Source of the DNA: a virus | Lineage: Duplodnaviria > Caudoviricetes | IMG/VR virus record: IMGVR_UViG_2974626280_000001 | Coordinates: 9,169-73,168 of that record | Strand: one strand, 5' to 3' | Length of the DNA stretch: 64,000 bases | Part shown: positions 1 to 8,917 of the stretch, piece after piece | How the letters are laid out: every line of letters starts with the position of its first letter | How positions within the stretch are numbered: the stretch's first letter is position 1 | Notes under the pieces: model-generated | Told to the model about the DNA's origin: nothing | Databases searched by the model: none | What the model saw: only the letters and a program-made list of their open reading frames with translations | Made by a program: the position numbers and the translations under genes

Positions 1-772
1 TAGCGTCCGCTACTTTCGTAACGGTTGCTGAAGAAGCAGCGCGAACCTTAGTCAGTGACGCATCTTCGATGATGAACGGAGATGTTGCGAGCTTGCCCGG
101 TTCGATTTGCAGCATACCCAGCTTCAGGCGGTTGTTTATCGTCTGATAGAACCAGCTCGACGTCCAATCGCCTGCCGCTAACCAGCCGCTGGGATAGGAG
201 CTGTTTTGCGTCAGGTAGAGGTAGAAATTGGCTTCGTTAGGGTTGGATAAACGGTGGCGAATACGGCTAAGGTTCTGAGAAGTATATTTAGCAACCTTTC
301 GCTGCCATGCAGGGTTCGCGTCATAAGCGGTGTAAGGTGCCATGACAATGCCGTTAACGTCCTGAGAGATTAAATAGTTCGCGCCGTCCGTATTTACGGT
401 GCCGATAGCGCCACCGTCTGGCCCACCTGTGGCGTCTGCGGCGAAGCCTGCACCAGTGCCCACGACGACGTAAGCGCTGGCAACGTTGCCGCGCCCGCTG
501 GGCTGGTAGTTGGTTGACGCTGGCTCAGGCTGGTGACGACCGACCGCGACGCCGTTGCGATACTCTACGGGCCATTGGTTGGTCGCGCTTGTCTTCAACT
601 TACCATCGCTGCCCCAATACATGTGAGCAGGACCGTTATAAGTGACGCGCGAATCAAGTACTGACGCTGTCATATCGATTGGAGGGATTGGTGCAGGACC
701 GGTGCGTATTTTGCCGAACCACAAAGGCTGGTTGATGCCGAACAAAGGTTTATTTCCCGGATGGATGATCAT
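1..772 (-). CDS. Partial (runs off window) head-spike/fibre-like protein with lectin/CBM-type domain
   Basis: Manual translation gives 257 open codons from ATG 772 (RBS GAGAGG) to the window edge: MIIHPGNKPLFG...LDSRVTYNGPAHMYWGSDGKLKTSATNQWPVEYRNG...QIEPGKLATSPFII. This resembles the F-T-R-A-S...G-L-L-I-E and Q-L-E-x-G-x-x-A-T-S-Y-I-P motifs of phage head-spike fibre proteins. Missed by the ORF track. Confidence 0.6.
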   Translation of the reverse strand, partial: MIIHPGNKPLFGINQPLWFGKIRTGPAPIPPIDMTASVLDSRVTYNGPAHMYWGSDGKLKTSATNQWPVEYRNGVAVGRHQPEPASTNYQPSGRGNVASAYVVVGTGAGFAADATGGPDGGAIGTVNTDGANYLISQDVNGIVMAPYTAYDANPAWQRKVAKYTSQNLSRIRHRLSNPNEANFYLYLTQNSSYPSGWLAAGDWTSSWFYQTINNRLKLGMLQIEPGKLATSPFIIEDASLTKVRAASSATVTKVADA

Positions 773-872
773 ACAGACCTCTCAAAAAAATGGTGGAGCA
801 GTCGCTAAACTGTCCACCAAACCGCTGGCTGCCGATAACTGGTTGTGTTTTGAATCTTATCAATAATTTTAC

Positions 873-902
873 TTGAAAAGAGTGATTTAATCAATATATA
901 AT
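873..902 (+). promoter_or_regulatory. sigma70-like promoter upstream of terL
   Basis: TTGAAA-18 nt-TATAAT. Confidence 0.5.
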
Positions 903-932
903 GTGGTAAAATTTCGTAAACGGACCTCATTA

Positions 933-2333
933 ATGTATCAACTGAATCCTGCGCTAAGAGATGTTTGGAACACTAAAGCACGCTACAAGGTTGTGTATGG
1001 TGGCCGTGCATCTTCCAAGTCGCATGATGCAGCAGGTTTCGCCGTATTCCTTGCAGCCAACTTCCGGCTGAAGTTCCTTTGCGTACGTCAATTCCAGAAT
1101 AAAATTTCGGAATCGGTTTACACGCTCCTCAAAGACAAGATTGAAAACTCTGAGTTCAAGGACGAGTTCAACTTGTTAAAGAACAGTATTGAGCACAAAG
1201 TTACCAAATCTGAATTCCTTTTCTACGGTATCGCACGCAACGTTGACGAAATCAAGTCAACGGAAGGTGTCGACGTTCTCTGGCTCGAAGAAGCGCACGC
1301 ACTTACTGAAGAGCAGTGGGACATCATTGAACCAACAATCCGTAAAGAAGGCAGTGAGATTTGGATAATCTTTAACCCGGATGAAGAAGCTGATTTTGTG
1401 TATCAGAATTTCATCGTGCGCCCTAAAAAGAATTCTATCGTCAGAAAGATTAATTGGCAAGAGAATCCTTTCTTATCGCAAACGATGATTGACGTTATCA
1501 AGGACATGTACGACCGCGACCCGAAAAAGGCAGAGCACGTGTATGGCGGAGAGCCGAAGACTGGCGGCGACAAGTCTGTTATCAACCGCGCATTCGTCAA
1601 GGCCGCGCTCAACTTGCACAAGCACCCAACCAAAGGTTGGGAAGCAACCGGAATGCGCCGAATCGGCTATGACGTAGCGGACGACGGCGGAGACGTCAAC
1701 GCAATGGCGAAAGGCGTTGGGAACGTGCTGCAAGTCATCGAGACTTGGGAAGGGCTTGAGGATGAGATGCTCAAGTCAGCCGCGCGTGTCTACAAGTCAG
1801 CAAAAGAGCTGAATGCTACAGTGACATATGACTCCGTCGGTATCGGCGCGGCCATCGGCTCGAAGTTTTCTGAGTTCAACGAAGACAACCCAGGCGGGTG
1901 GCAGATTGAATACGACGCATTCAACGCTGGTGGGCGCGTTCACAATCCTGATGACGTTTACCTTGAGCTGCCGCACGTTAAGATTCTTAACAAAGACCAC
2001 TTTTCTAACGTTAAGGCTCAAAAGTGGGTAGAGGTTGCAGAGCGCATGCGCGCATCTTTCGAATACCTCAACGACCCTAACGCCAACCCGGATAACACCG
2101 ACGTGTCTGAGCTTTGCTCAATCGATACTGAAGGATGGACTGAAGAAGAGATTGAGCAATTTCTCTTTGAGATTTCTGCGCCGAGAAAAGATATCGACCG
2201 AACCGGGAAATTCAAGGTGGAATCCAAGCCTGATATGTTAAAGCGCGGCATCAAATCCCCAAACAAGGCTGATGCCGCTATCATGTTTTGGATGAAGCCT
2301 ATGCGCGCAGCAGCAGGATTCTTCGACTTTTAA
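933..2333 (+). CDS. terL: Terminase large subunit (PBSX-like)
   Basis: Walker A YGGRASSKS, Walker B LWLEEAH, coupling motif FNP, nuclease IGYDVADDG and C-terminal SPNKADA. The start is moved to MYQLNPAL (933), matching PB1-like TerL N-termini. Confidence 0.95.
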   Translation: MYQLNPALRDVWNTKARYKVVYGGRASSKSHDAAGFAVFLAANFRLKFLCVRQFQNKISESVYTLLKDKIENSEFKDEFNLLKNSIEHKVTKSEFLFYGIARNVDEIKSTEGVDVLWLEEAHALTEEQWDIIEPTIRKEGSEIWIIFNPDEEADFVYQNFIVRPKKNSIVRKINWQENPFLSQTMIDVIKDMYDRDPKKAEHVYGGEPKTGGDKSVINRAFVKAALNLHKHPTKGWEATGMRRIGYDVADDGGDVNAMAKGVGNVLQVIETWEGLEDEMLKSAARVYKSAKELNATVTYDSVGIGAAIGSKFSEFNEDNPGGWQIEYDAFNAGGRVHNPDDVYLELPHVKILNKDHFSNVKAQKWVEVAERMRASFEYLNDPNANPDNTDVSELCSIDTEGWTEEEIEQFLFEISAPRKDIDRTGKFKVESKPDMLKRGIKSPNKADAAIMFWMKPMRAAAGFFDF

Positions 2334-3079
2334 TCGTCGGAAATCTTGCGCTGGATTTCAACGTCTTTCGCGCGCCTTTTGCCTTCAGTAAACGCAATTA
2401 TGCTTTCCGGGTCTTCTGCTGAGAATTTTGGCTGCTTCGCTTTTGAGTAATTAGCTTCACCAAAATACTCTGCGACCGCCGCGCCTTTCACGACAACCAA
2501 TGACGTTCCAGTAGAAGTCGTAAGCTTCTGGCGCTCTACGCGCAAATCGTTGAGCCTTTTACACAGCGTCTCACACGCTCCCAGCTTAAACTTGGAGCCT
2601 AACCCTACCGGATAGCGACCCTCGTGCCCTATCTCAACGAGCCATTCAGCGCACAGCTTGTTTACCAGGACGAGCAAGCTTTCATACATTTCAACTGCCA
2701 TGTCAACGTCGTGCTTGAATCCGCGAAAAACGATGCGATTACCCCAAACTTTCTTGTAAGCCTTGAAGTGCTTTTCCGCGCCTTCAAGAACCGCTTGGCA
2801 GTCATTAAATTCGGCTACCGCGACGGACAAAATGTTCATGTGATGCGGTATGTTGGCGAATGTGCGCGTCGCAGGCTGCTTGGAGAATTCACGGTCTTCT
2901 CCGTTAACGTTGAGGATGTCAACCTTTGTCAGTTGATACTCATCCATCAGCTTACGCGCTTTCGCCATCGCGTTGGCGGCTTCGTGCTCATTGGCACTGC
3001 CTTCAGCCAGACGGAACAACTTTTCAATTTTCAACTTGATGCGGTCAACGCCGCTGGATTTAGCGTATTCATTGCTCAT
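2330..3079 (-). CDS. DUF2786-family protein
   Basis: N-terminal KIEKLFRLAEGSANEHEAANAMAKARKLMDEYQL is typical of DUF2786. Confidence 0.75.
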   Translation of the reverse strand: MSNEYAKSSGVDRIKLKIEKLFRLAEGSANEHEAANAMAKARKLMDEYQLTKVDILNVNGEDREFSKQPATRTFANIPHHMNILSVAVAEFNDCQAVLEGAEKHFKAYKKVWGNRIVFRGFKHDVDMAVEMYESLLVLVNKLCAEWLVEIGHEGRYPVGLGSKFKLGACETLCKRLNDLRVERQKLTTSTGTSLVVVKGAAVAEYFGEANYSKAKQPKFSAEDPESIIAFTEGKRRAKDVEIQRKISDD

Positions 3080-3381
3080 TTGCCGAACCCCGATGCGATT
3101 GCAGTGCTTAACATGAGACGGATTGTTTCAACCAGCTTGTGAGCGGAAACTTCAACCGTGCTGCGCCCTTCAGACTCAGGAGAAACGTTATAGTGGCAGT
3201 CTACTGATACACGGTTGCCTTCTGCAGGGTGGACGATGATCAGAACGAAGTTTCCAGGCTTCTGATCATGGAAGTAAAAGCGGTTGAAACCGTGCTCACA
3301 AAGTACGGATACCATAATAGTATCTGGTACGTGATCAGCTTCGAAAAAGTAGCATTTCTTGACGGACATATACTGTGACAT
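3076..3381 (-). CDS. Hypothetical protein
   Basis: ATG at 3381 follows RBS GAGGA and its own promoter; 4-nt overlap with the next gene. Confidence 0.7.
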   Translation of the reverse strand: MSQYMSVKKCYFFEADHVPDTIMVSVLCEHGFNRFYFHDQKPGNFVLIIVHPAEGNRVSVDCHYNVSPESEGRSTVEVSAHKLVETIRLMLSTAIASGFGK

Positions 3382-3412
3382 TTTCAATTCCTCGTTTTGT
3401 TTCGATGAAATG

Positions 3413-3441
3413 ATTATCGCTCACTTTTAATCAAAAAGCAA
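3413..3441 (-). promoter_or_regulatory. sigma70-like promoter (GAGCGATAATCA class)
   Basis: TTGCTT-17-GATAAT on the minus strand; shares about 30 bp with the promoter/leader at 44826-44855. Confidence 0.75.
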
Positions 3442-3465
3442 GCGATAAAATGATATTTTGCATAA

Positions 3466-3702
3466 TTAAATTGCTGCGTTAGGGACTCTGGTATCGTAAC
3501 GCTGCGCCTTAACGCGCCACTGACAGGCTTTGCGGGCTGTCTTTTTGTTCTGTTTCTGTCGACACTGGGCCGTAGAATCCAGGTAATCGATGCCCGCAAG
3601 GATTTTTAACTTCAGCGAATCAATGTCGTCTTTTTCGGTAACTTCAACGTCCAGCACGGCGGCGACGTCTAACAGGGCATTCAGAGCTTTGTTCATGGTC
3701 AA
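3466..3702 (-). CDS. Hypothetical protein
   Basis: ORF packed in the leftward operon, with RBS GAGGA. Confidence 0.65.
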   Translation of the reverse strand: MTMNKALNALLDVAAVLDVEVTEKDDIDSLKLKILAGIDYLDSTAQCRQKQNKKTARKACQWRVKAQRYDTRVPNAAI

Positions 3703-3706
3703 ATCC

Positions 3707-4252
3707 TCACATAATCGATTTAAGAACCTGATATGGCACGAAGTAGCTCAAACCCTGCTCCGGGTTCAAGCCGTAAAAGATACCGACTAACTCGCCGCGC
3801 TCGTTCATGACGGGTCCACCGCTCATTCCCTGCACGCTTCCGGCGTCGGTGTATCCAACATAGCACTTTCCAACCTTCCTGAATCCTAAGATGGTGCCCT
3901 TAGAAGATACTGGAAGGTTGCTGCGTGAGCTAAAGCCGTAGATTGAAACCTTGTCGCCAGTCTGGGCATTGGCGAACTCTGGCAGCACGCGACCGTTGTT
4001 GCGTTCACGAATCAGCGCGACGTCGCAATGCTTGTGCTTGGCGATTACCTTTTTGAAAGGCAAGTCAGCGACGTGCGCGGCAGTCAAGCTGGTTGAATTG
4101 GTGACTGGCGTAGTCGTGCCAACGATAGACGCAACGTAAGGCACGCCGACAACGGTCAAACGTGAATGGGTCATCGCGTTACGGTCGAATTCGTAGTGGC
4201 CTGTTGAGCAACCAGCAAGAGCAAGTGAGAGTAACGCGATGGCCTTTTTCAT
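3707..4252 (-). CDS. Lipoprotein trypsin-like serine protease
   Basis: Signal with lipobox MKKAIALLSLALAG-C; catalytic triad motifs LTAAHV, CDVAL, QGMSGGPV; ATGA overlap with the upstream gene. Confidence 0.85.
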   Translation of the reverse strand: MKKAIALLSLALAGCSTGHYEFDRNAMTHSRLTVVGVPYVASIVGTTTPVTNSTSLTAAHVADLPFKKVIAKHKHCDVALIRERNNGRVLPEFANAQTGDKVSIYGFSSRSNLPVSSKGTILGFRKVGKCYVGYTDAGSVQGMSGGPVMNERGELVGIFYGLNPEQGLSYFVPYQVLKSIM

Positions 4253-4680
4253 TTTGCAACTCCTGTGATTTCGTCGTGATACATGGCTACGGTAGCCCAT
4301 TTGTCAGATACCCAGCCGGTGTCGGTGTGAGTTAATGAGCCAGCCTCGCAAACGATGCTGTAAATTGGGTTGCCGTTGTTTGGATTAACGTGCTCAACTT
4401 CTCCATAGCCACGTGAGAGGCGGTCACTGAATGCAAGCATGTCGCCAACCTTGTACGCGTCTTGCTTAACCAGGCGCTTGCCCATCACCGCTTCAACAAT
4501 GTTTTGCGCAGCGTCGGAGTAGTCCAGGACCCACGGCTCAACGGTGCAGGAGACCCAAAGTTCAGCGTTGGCGTTGCGAACCGCATTGGCGGTGTTTTCA
4601 TCAACGAAGGTGCCTAAAATCTGGAAAACGCTATGACCTCTGGCGACAACTACGAATACGATTGAAACTTGCTCTTTCAT
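4249..4680 (-). CDS. Hypothetical protein
   Basis: ORF with RBS GAGAGGA and its own promoter. Confidence 0.7.
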   Translation of the reverse strand: MKEQVSIVFVVVARGHSVFQILGTFVDENTANAVRNANAELWVSCTVEPWVLDYSDAAQNIVEAVMGKRLVKQDAYKVGDMLAFSDRLSRGYGEVEHVNPNNGNPIYSIVCEAGSLTHTDTGWVSDKWATVAMYHDEITGVAK

Positions 4681-4711
4681 CTCACTTTCCTCTCTTGTTT
4701 GCGTTAAAATA

Positions 4712-4740
4712 AATATACGTCAGAAATGGAAAGAAAGCAA
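4712..4740 (-). promoter_or_regulatory. sigma70-like promoter
   Basis: TTGCTT-17-TATATT on the minus strand. Confidence 0.55.
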
Positions 4741-4778
4741 ATATATTTCACAACTATTTTGCTGATTACACATATTGA

Positions 4779-4808
4779 TTGATTTTAAACACTTTCGGCA
4801 CTTATAAT
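4779..4808 (+). promoter_or_regulatory. sigma70-like promoter for the portal operon
   Basis: TTGATT-18-TATAAT. Confidence 0.55.
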
Positions 4809-4833
4809 AGAGGATGACTGTGAATCCACTCGA

Positions 4834-7242
4834 ATGGCGATAAACATGAAAAGACTCATCGGTTGGCCGTGGAATAAAGCCAAAGCAGAAGCAGCCAAAG
4901 ATGCTGCGAAACCCATAAAAGACCCGCTTGAAGCAGACACCAGGCTAGACATCGTCAAGCGCGGCGCTGATCAAGGCTGGGAATACACTGAGAAGCCTGT
5001 TCCAATCTTCAAAAGCATTGACGACTTTCCTACTCTTAAATCCCTTATCAACACCGAAGACGAATTAACGTTCAAAGGTAAAGCGCTGGACGCCGCGACA
5101 ATATCGCGTTCGGTAGTCGATAATGGCTTTAAGTCAATGTCATCTGACGGCGCGTTCAACAACTACACCGTGCCGGACCAGCTCCAGAACTGGTACATGA
5201 GCCAATCTTTCATTGGCTATCAGGCCTGCTCAATCATCGCGCAGCACTGGCTGGTAATGAAAGCTTGTTCCATGGTCGGAAAAGATGCCGTGCGTAAGGG
5301 CTGGGAAGTGAAATCCTCATCAGACGTCGAACTAACCGCAGAAGAAGCGGAGCGAATTAAATCACGTGATGAAGAGATGAAGATTCCTGAGAACCTGACA
5401 GAAAGCGTCACCTTCAAAAACATCTTCGGTATTCGCGTGCTGCTTTTTGTGGTAGAAAGCGCTGACCCTGAGTATTATGAAAAGCCGTTCAACATTGACG
5501 GGGTAACTAAAGGCTCTTATAAGGGTATGTCTCAGATTGACCCTTACTGGTGCATGCCGCTGGCTTCTAATAATATGACGGCCAACCCTGCATCGATGCA
5601 TTTTTATGAGCCTGAATTCTGGGTGATCAGCGGCAAGAAATACCACCGCAGCCACCTGATTGTGCTGCGCAACGATTTCACGTCGGATATTCTGAAGCCA
5701 ACTTACCTCTTCGGCGGCATCCCCTTAACCCAACAGATTTATGAGCGCGTGTATGCCGCAGAGCGCACCGCGAACGAAGCGCCGTTGCTGGCTATGTCCA
5801 AGCGAACCACTACGCTGCGAACCGACGTGGAAAAGGCTATTGTGAATGAAGCCAACTTCGCCAAGCGCCTGATGATGTGGATAAAGTACCGCGACAACCA
5901 CGGCGTGAAAGTGGTCGGCAAGGAAGAGGCTGTTGAGCAATTCGACACCAACCTGTCAGACTTTGACAGCGTGATCATGAACCAGTATCAGCTGGTTGCC
6001 GCAATTGCTAAGGTGCCGTCGACAAAGCTGTTGGGGACATCGCCTAAAGGCTTCAACGCCACGGGCGAATTCGAGATGGTATCGTATCACGAAGAGCTGG
6101 AGACGTGCCAGAAACACGACCTGACACCAATCCTGCGCCGTCACTACCTGCTGCTGACGAAGTCTGAAGGTATCTCCGTTAAAATCAAGGTCATCTGGGA
6201 GCCAGTAGGAAGTCTGACGGCGAAGCAGCAAGCGGAGATTAACCAGAACAAGGCAAATACTGGTAAGGCTCTTATCGACGGCGGCGTAATCTCTCCTGAT
6301 GAAGAGCGTCAACGCCTGAAAGACGACCGCAACAGCGGGTACAACCGTCTGGGCGAAGAAGAAGCCGAAACGCAACCAGGCCTCAGCCCTGAAAATATCG
6401 CTCTCATGGGTAAATCTGCTGGTGAGATGATTCAAGGTAAGGCGGATATCGAGCAAGCGAAAGCTGACATTCTTAAACAGTCTGGCGCATTCTACAAGAA
6501 CACTGGTGAACTGCCAGAGGGCGGTGAGCGCGGCGAACTTGCTGAGAACCAGGCAGGAAACAACGCCATTGAGCCAAACCCTGAATATCTGGGCGACACG
6601 CCGCAGGGCGCGACCACGAAGGCAAGCGCGTTTGAAACGAAGAGTAGCAACAACGAAGTTGAAGAATTAGTGCGTGAGCTTGACCGCTTACACGACTACT
6701 ATATCCCTGAAGGGAAAGACGTCAAAGAATTTGACCCTTACCAGAAGAAGCGCGGCACGCAGCCAAGCGTAACCCCTTCAACTAAAGCTTCAACTTTCGG
6801 AATGCACCACACCGTTGCGAGGATGGACGCAGCAGATATGCCGAAGATGAAAATTAACGGTCACATCTGCCTGATTGAAAATCCACGAACCTCTATCAGG
6901 AAAGGCAACAGCCTTGACGGAGCGTGGGAGCGCACAATGCCGCACCATTACGGATTCATTCGCGGCACCAAAGGCGCTGACGGTGACGATGTTGACTGCT
7001 TCATCGGTCCGAATCCTAAGTCAGGGAAGGTGTTTATCATTAACCAGAACGACAACCACTCTGGCGAATTTGATGAACACAAGGTCATGCTCGGATTCGA
7101 CTCCGCAGAAGAGGCTGAGAAGGGTTATCGCGCATCCTTTGATGCTAAATGGCAGGGCTTTGACTCAATCCATGAAGTGACACTGGATGAGTTCAACACC
7201 TGGGTCAAAGGCGATTGCAACACCCCTTACGGTAAGGTGTGA
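4834..7242 (+). CDS. Portal protein (DUF1073-like) with C-terminal inorganic pyrophosphatase-like domain
   Basis: Position after terL; portal motifs YMSQSFIGYQAC and LLGTSPKGFNATGE; C-terminal HHYGFIRGTKGADGDDVDCFIGP...FDEHKVMLGF is an InPase-type signature. Confidence 0.85.
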   Translation: MAINMKRLIGWPWNKAKAEAAKDAAKPIKDPLEADTRLDIVKRGADQGWEYTEKPVPIFKSIDDFPTLKSLINTEDELTFKGKALDAATISRSVVDNGFKSMSSDGAFNNYTVPDQLQNWYMSQSFIGYQACSIIAQHWLVMKACSMVGKDAVRKGWEVKSSSDVELTAEEAERIKSRDEEMKIPENLTESVTFKNIFGIRVLLFVVESADPEYYEKPFNIDGVTKGSYKGMSQIDPYWCMPLASNNMTANPASMHFYEPEFWVISGKKYHRSHLIVLRNDFTSDILKPTYLFGGIPLTQQIYERVYAAERTANEAPLLAMSKRTTTLRTDVEKAIVNEANFAKRLMMWIKYRDNHGVKVVGKEEAVEQFDTNLSDFDSVIMNQYQLVAAIAKVPSTKLLGTSPKGFNATGEFEMVSYHEELETCQKHDLTPILRRHYLLLTKSEGISVKIKVIWEPVGSLTAKQQAEINQNKANTGKALIDGGVISPDEERQRLKDDRNSGYNRLGEEEAETQPGLSPENIALMGKSAGEMIQGKADIEQAKADILKQSGAFYKNTGELPEGGERGELAENQAGNNAIEPNPEYLGDTPQGATTKASAFETKSSNNEVEELVRELDRLHDYYIPEGKDVKEFDPYQKKRGTQPSVTPSTKASTFGMHHTVARMDAADMPKMKINGHICLIENPRTSIRKGNSLDGAWERTMPHHYGFIRGTKGADGDDVDCFIGPNPKSGKVFIINQNDNHSGEFDEHKVMLGFDSAEEAEKGYRASFDAKWQGFDSIHEVTLDEFNTWVKGDCNTPYGKV

Positions 7243-7243
7243 T

Positions 7244-8095
7244 ATGGCGTTTAAGGCATCCAAGAAGAGGGAGCGCAGGGAACCTGAAAAGGTGGGCTTA
7301 GGCTCACCTATAACACCATCCTACGCGCTGTCCCTCTGGTATCGAAAAGAGCTAAATGCTGTCATAGCCGAAATGGTTAATGATTATCAGTTTAACATTG
7401 ATCAAGCATTCGTTCACCCTGAAGTCAGAAAGTATTTTGCCATGGACAGCGCGGCATCTTTCCTGACGGGCCTGCTTAATCGACTCAAAAAGAAGTGGGC
7501 CAACCAATTCAACCGCGTTGCCGCTGACTTGTCGAAGCGCTTCGTTGAGCGCATCGATGAGCAAGCGACGATTGCGACCTTCTCAAGCCTTAAGGTTGCC
7601 GGAATGGAAGCGCCAAAGGCTAAGTATACTGAAGCAGTAAAAAACACGATTCAAGGATTCGAAGAGTGGAATAAGACATTGATAACCAACGTGGGCGCGC
7701 AGGTACACGAAAAGGTTTTCAACGCAGTGATGCTGTCTCTTACCTCGGCAGACCCTGAAGAGCAAGGCATGCCGGGAATCCAAAAGGCTCTCAGAGAGGT
7801 TGGAATAAAAGAAAAAAGGCGCGTCAAATTCATCGCTCAAGACCAGGTTTCAAAAATATACGGTGCTCTTGCTGACCAGCGTATGGAGGACAACGGGGTC
7901 GAAGAGTTTGACTGGATTCATTCAGGGGCAGGAAAACACCCGCGCCAATGCCACGCCCATATGAATGGAATGCGCTTCAAGATTAATGATCCAAGGCTCT
8001 GGGAGATTGGAGGCGAATTGGGCCTCACTAAGCGCGACTTAGGGCCGCCCGGTTGGGCCATAGGTTGCAGGTGCAAGAGACGTCCAGTAATTTAA
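7244..8095 (+). CDS. Head morphogenesis protein (MuF/SPP1 gp7-like)
   Basis: Follows portal; C-terminal W-x-H-S...R-x-C-H...PPGWAIGCRC motif; start moved to MAFKASKK. Confidence 0.85.
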   Translation: MAFKASKKRERREPEKVGLGSPITPSYALSLWYRKELNAVIAEMVNDYQFNIDQAFVHPEVRKYFAMDSAASFLTGLLNRLKKKWANQFNRVAADLSKRFVERIDEQATIATFSSLKVAGMEAPKAKYTEAVKNTIQGFEEWNKTLITNVGAQVHEKVFNAVMLSLTSADPEEQGMPGIQKALREVGIKEKRRVKFIAQDQVSKIYGALADQRMEDNGVEEFDWIHSGAGKHPRQCHAHMNGMRFKINDPRLWEIGGELGLTKRDLGPPGWAIGCRCKRRPVI

Positions 8096-8104
8096 GGCAG
8101 CCTT

Positions 8105-8245
8105 ATGAAAGAATACATCAAATGTGGTCTTCTGATTACACTCGCCGCCGTAACATTTGCTTCTTACGGTGTTAGCGGGCATAATAAGGATTCCAATGCA
8201 ACTGACGGAACATTCATAGTTAAGAATATTCCTAGCAAAGGGTGA
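8105..8245 (+). CDS. Small secreted or membrane protein (46 aa)
   Basis: Manual translation MKEYIKCGLLITLAAVTFASYGVSGHNKDSNATDGTFIVKNIPSKG; RBS TAAGG; signal-like N-terminus; below the ORF-track cutoff. Confidence 0.5.
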   Translation: MKEYIKCGLLITLAAVTFASYGVSGHNKDSNATDGTFIVKNIPSKG

Positions 8246-8249
8246 CATT

Positions 8250-8402
8250 ATGCAGAAATTCACGACCGCAATTAAGCCTTTGAATGAGGGTTGGGTGTCA
8301 GAGGAATTTAAGACTAACCCTCTTCTCACTTGGCGATGGGCAATATTTGACATCACAATGGTTACTCTGATAGTAATCGGCGTGATACTCAAAGCCCTAT
8401 AA
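8250..8402 (+). CDS. Small membrane protein (50 aa)
   Basis: Manual translation MQKFTTAIKPLNEGWVSEEFKTNPLLTWRWAIFDITMVTLIVIGVILKAL; C-terminal hydrophobic helix; starts 4 nt after the previous stop. Confidence 0.5.
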   Translation: MQKFTTAIKPLNEGWVSEEFKTNPLLTWRWAIFDITMVTLIVIGVILKAL

Positions 8403-8507
8403 ATTTGCAAGTCTGGCGGCAATGGACTGCCGCGAAATGTTAATTAAATGTAGCTATTTGTGTAATTACACGATACAATCACCTAAAATATCCTGCCGCG
8501 CGACACA

Positions 8508-8795
8508 GGTTATTTTTTGGTTATTCGAATAATCCTTTCAAATCATAGGAATAACCGGAATAACCAAAATAACCAAGTTTTTCCGAAACTCTTAAGGTAA
8601 GCCGAAAAAAATAATAAATTGACTACAAAAAAATAGAGTTATTTTATTATTTTTTTAGACTATCCCCGTATATCTCAAATTTTATGGTTACGGAAGTTAT
8701 TTGGATATTTTACACTAATAGTTGCGGCAACTCAGCCACTTACAGAATATCCGAAAAAATAACTTAGGATATTTTTTCTAGTACACAGGTTATTC
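8508..8795. repeat. AT-rich palindromic iteron element, copy A (putative origin or protein-binding element)
   Basis: About a dozen GGWTATT/AATAWCC heptamers in both orientations around a 14-bp inverted repeat (8605-8618/8643-8656); colinear homologue at 60283-60575. Confidence 0.75.
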
Positions 8796-8855
8796 TCAGA
8801 ATTAACACCAGCCAATAAATTTTTCGCGGCGGATAAATTATCCTTAAACATTTTG

Positions 8856-8884
8856 TTGCTTACTGATTTAGCTGAATATATAAT
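8856..8884 (+). promoter_or_regulatory. sigma70-like promoter for the capsid operon
   Basis: TTGCTT-17-TATAAT. Confidence 0.7.
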
Positions 8885-8917
8885 ACCACCTAACACGAAA
8901 ACACACGGTGACTGAAT

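Noticed and set aside
642-866. 74-aa plus-strand ORF
   Set aside because: Antisense shadow of the longer minus-strand frame 1..772, which has an RBS and recognisable motifs
8039-8422. 127-aa minus-strand ORF
   Set aside because: No clear RBS and opposes the operon; the same DNA is better explained by two small plus-strand ORFs
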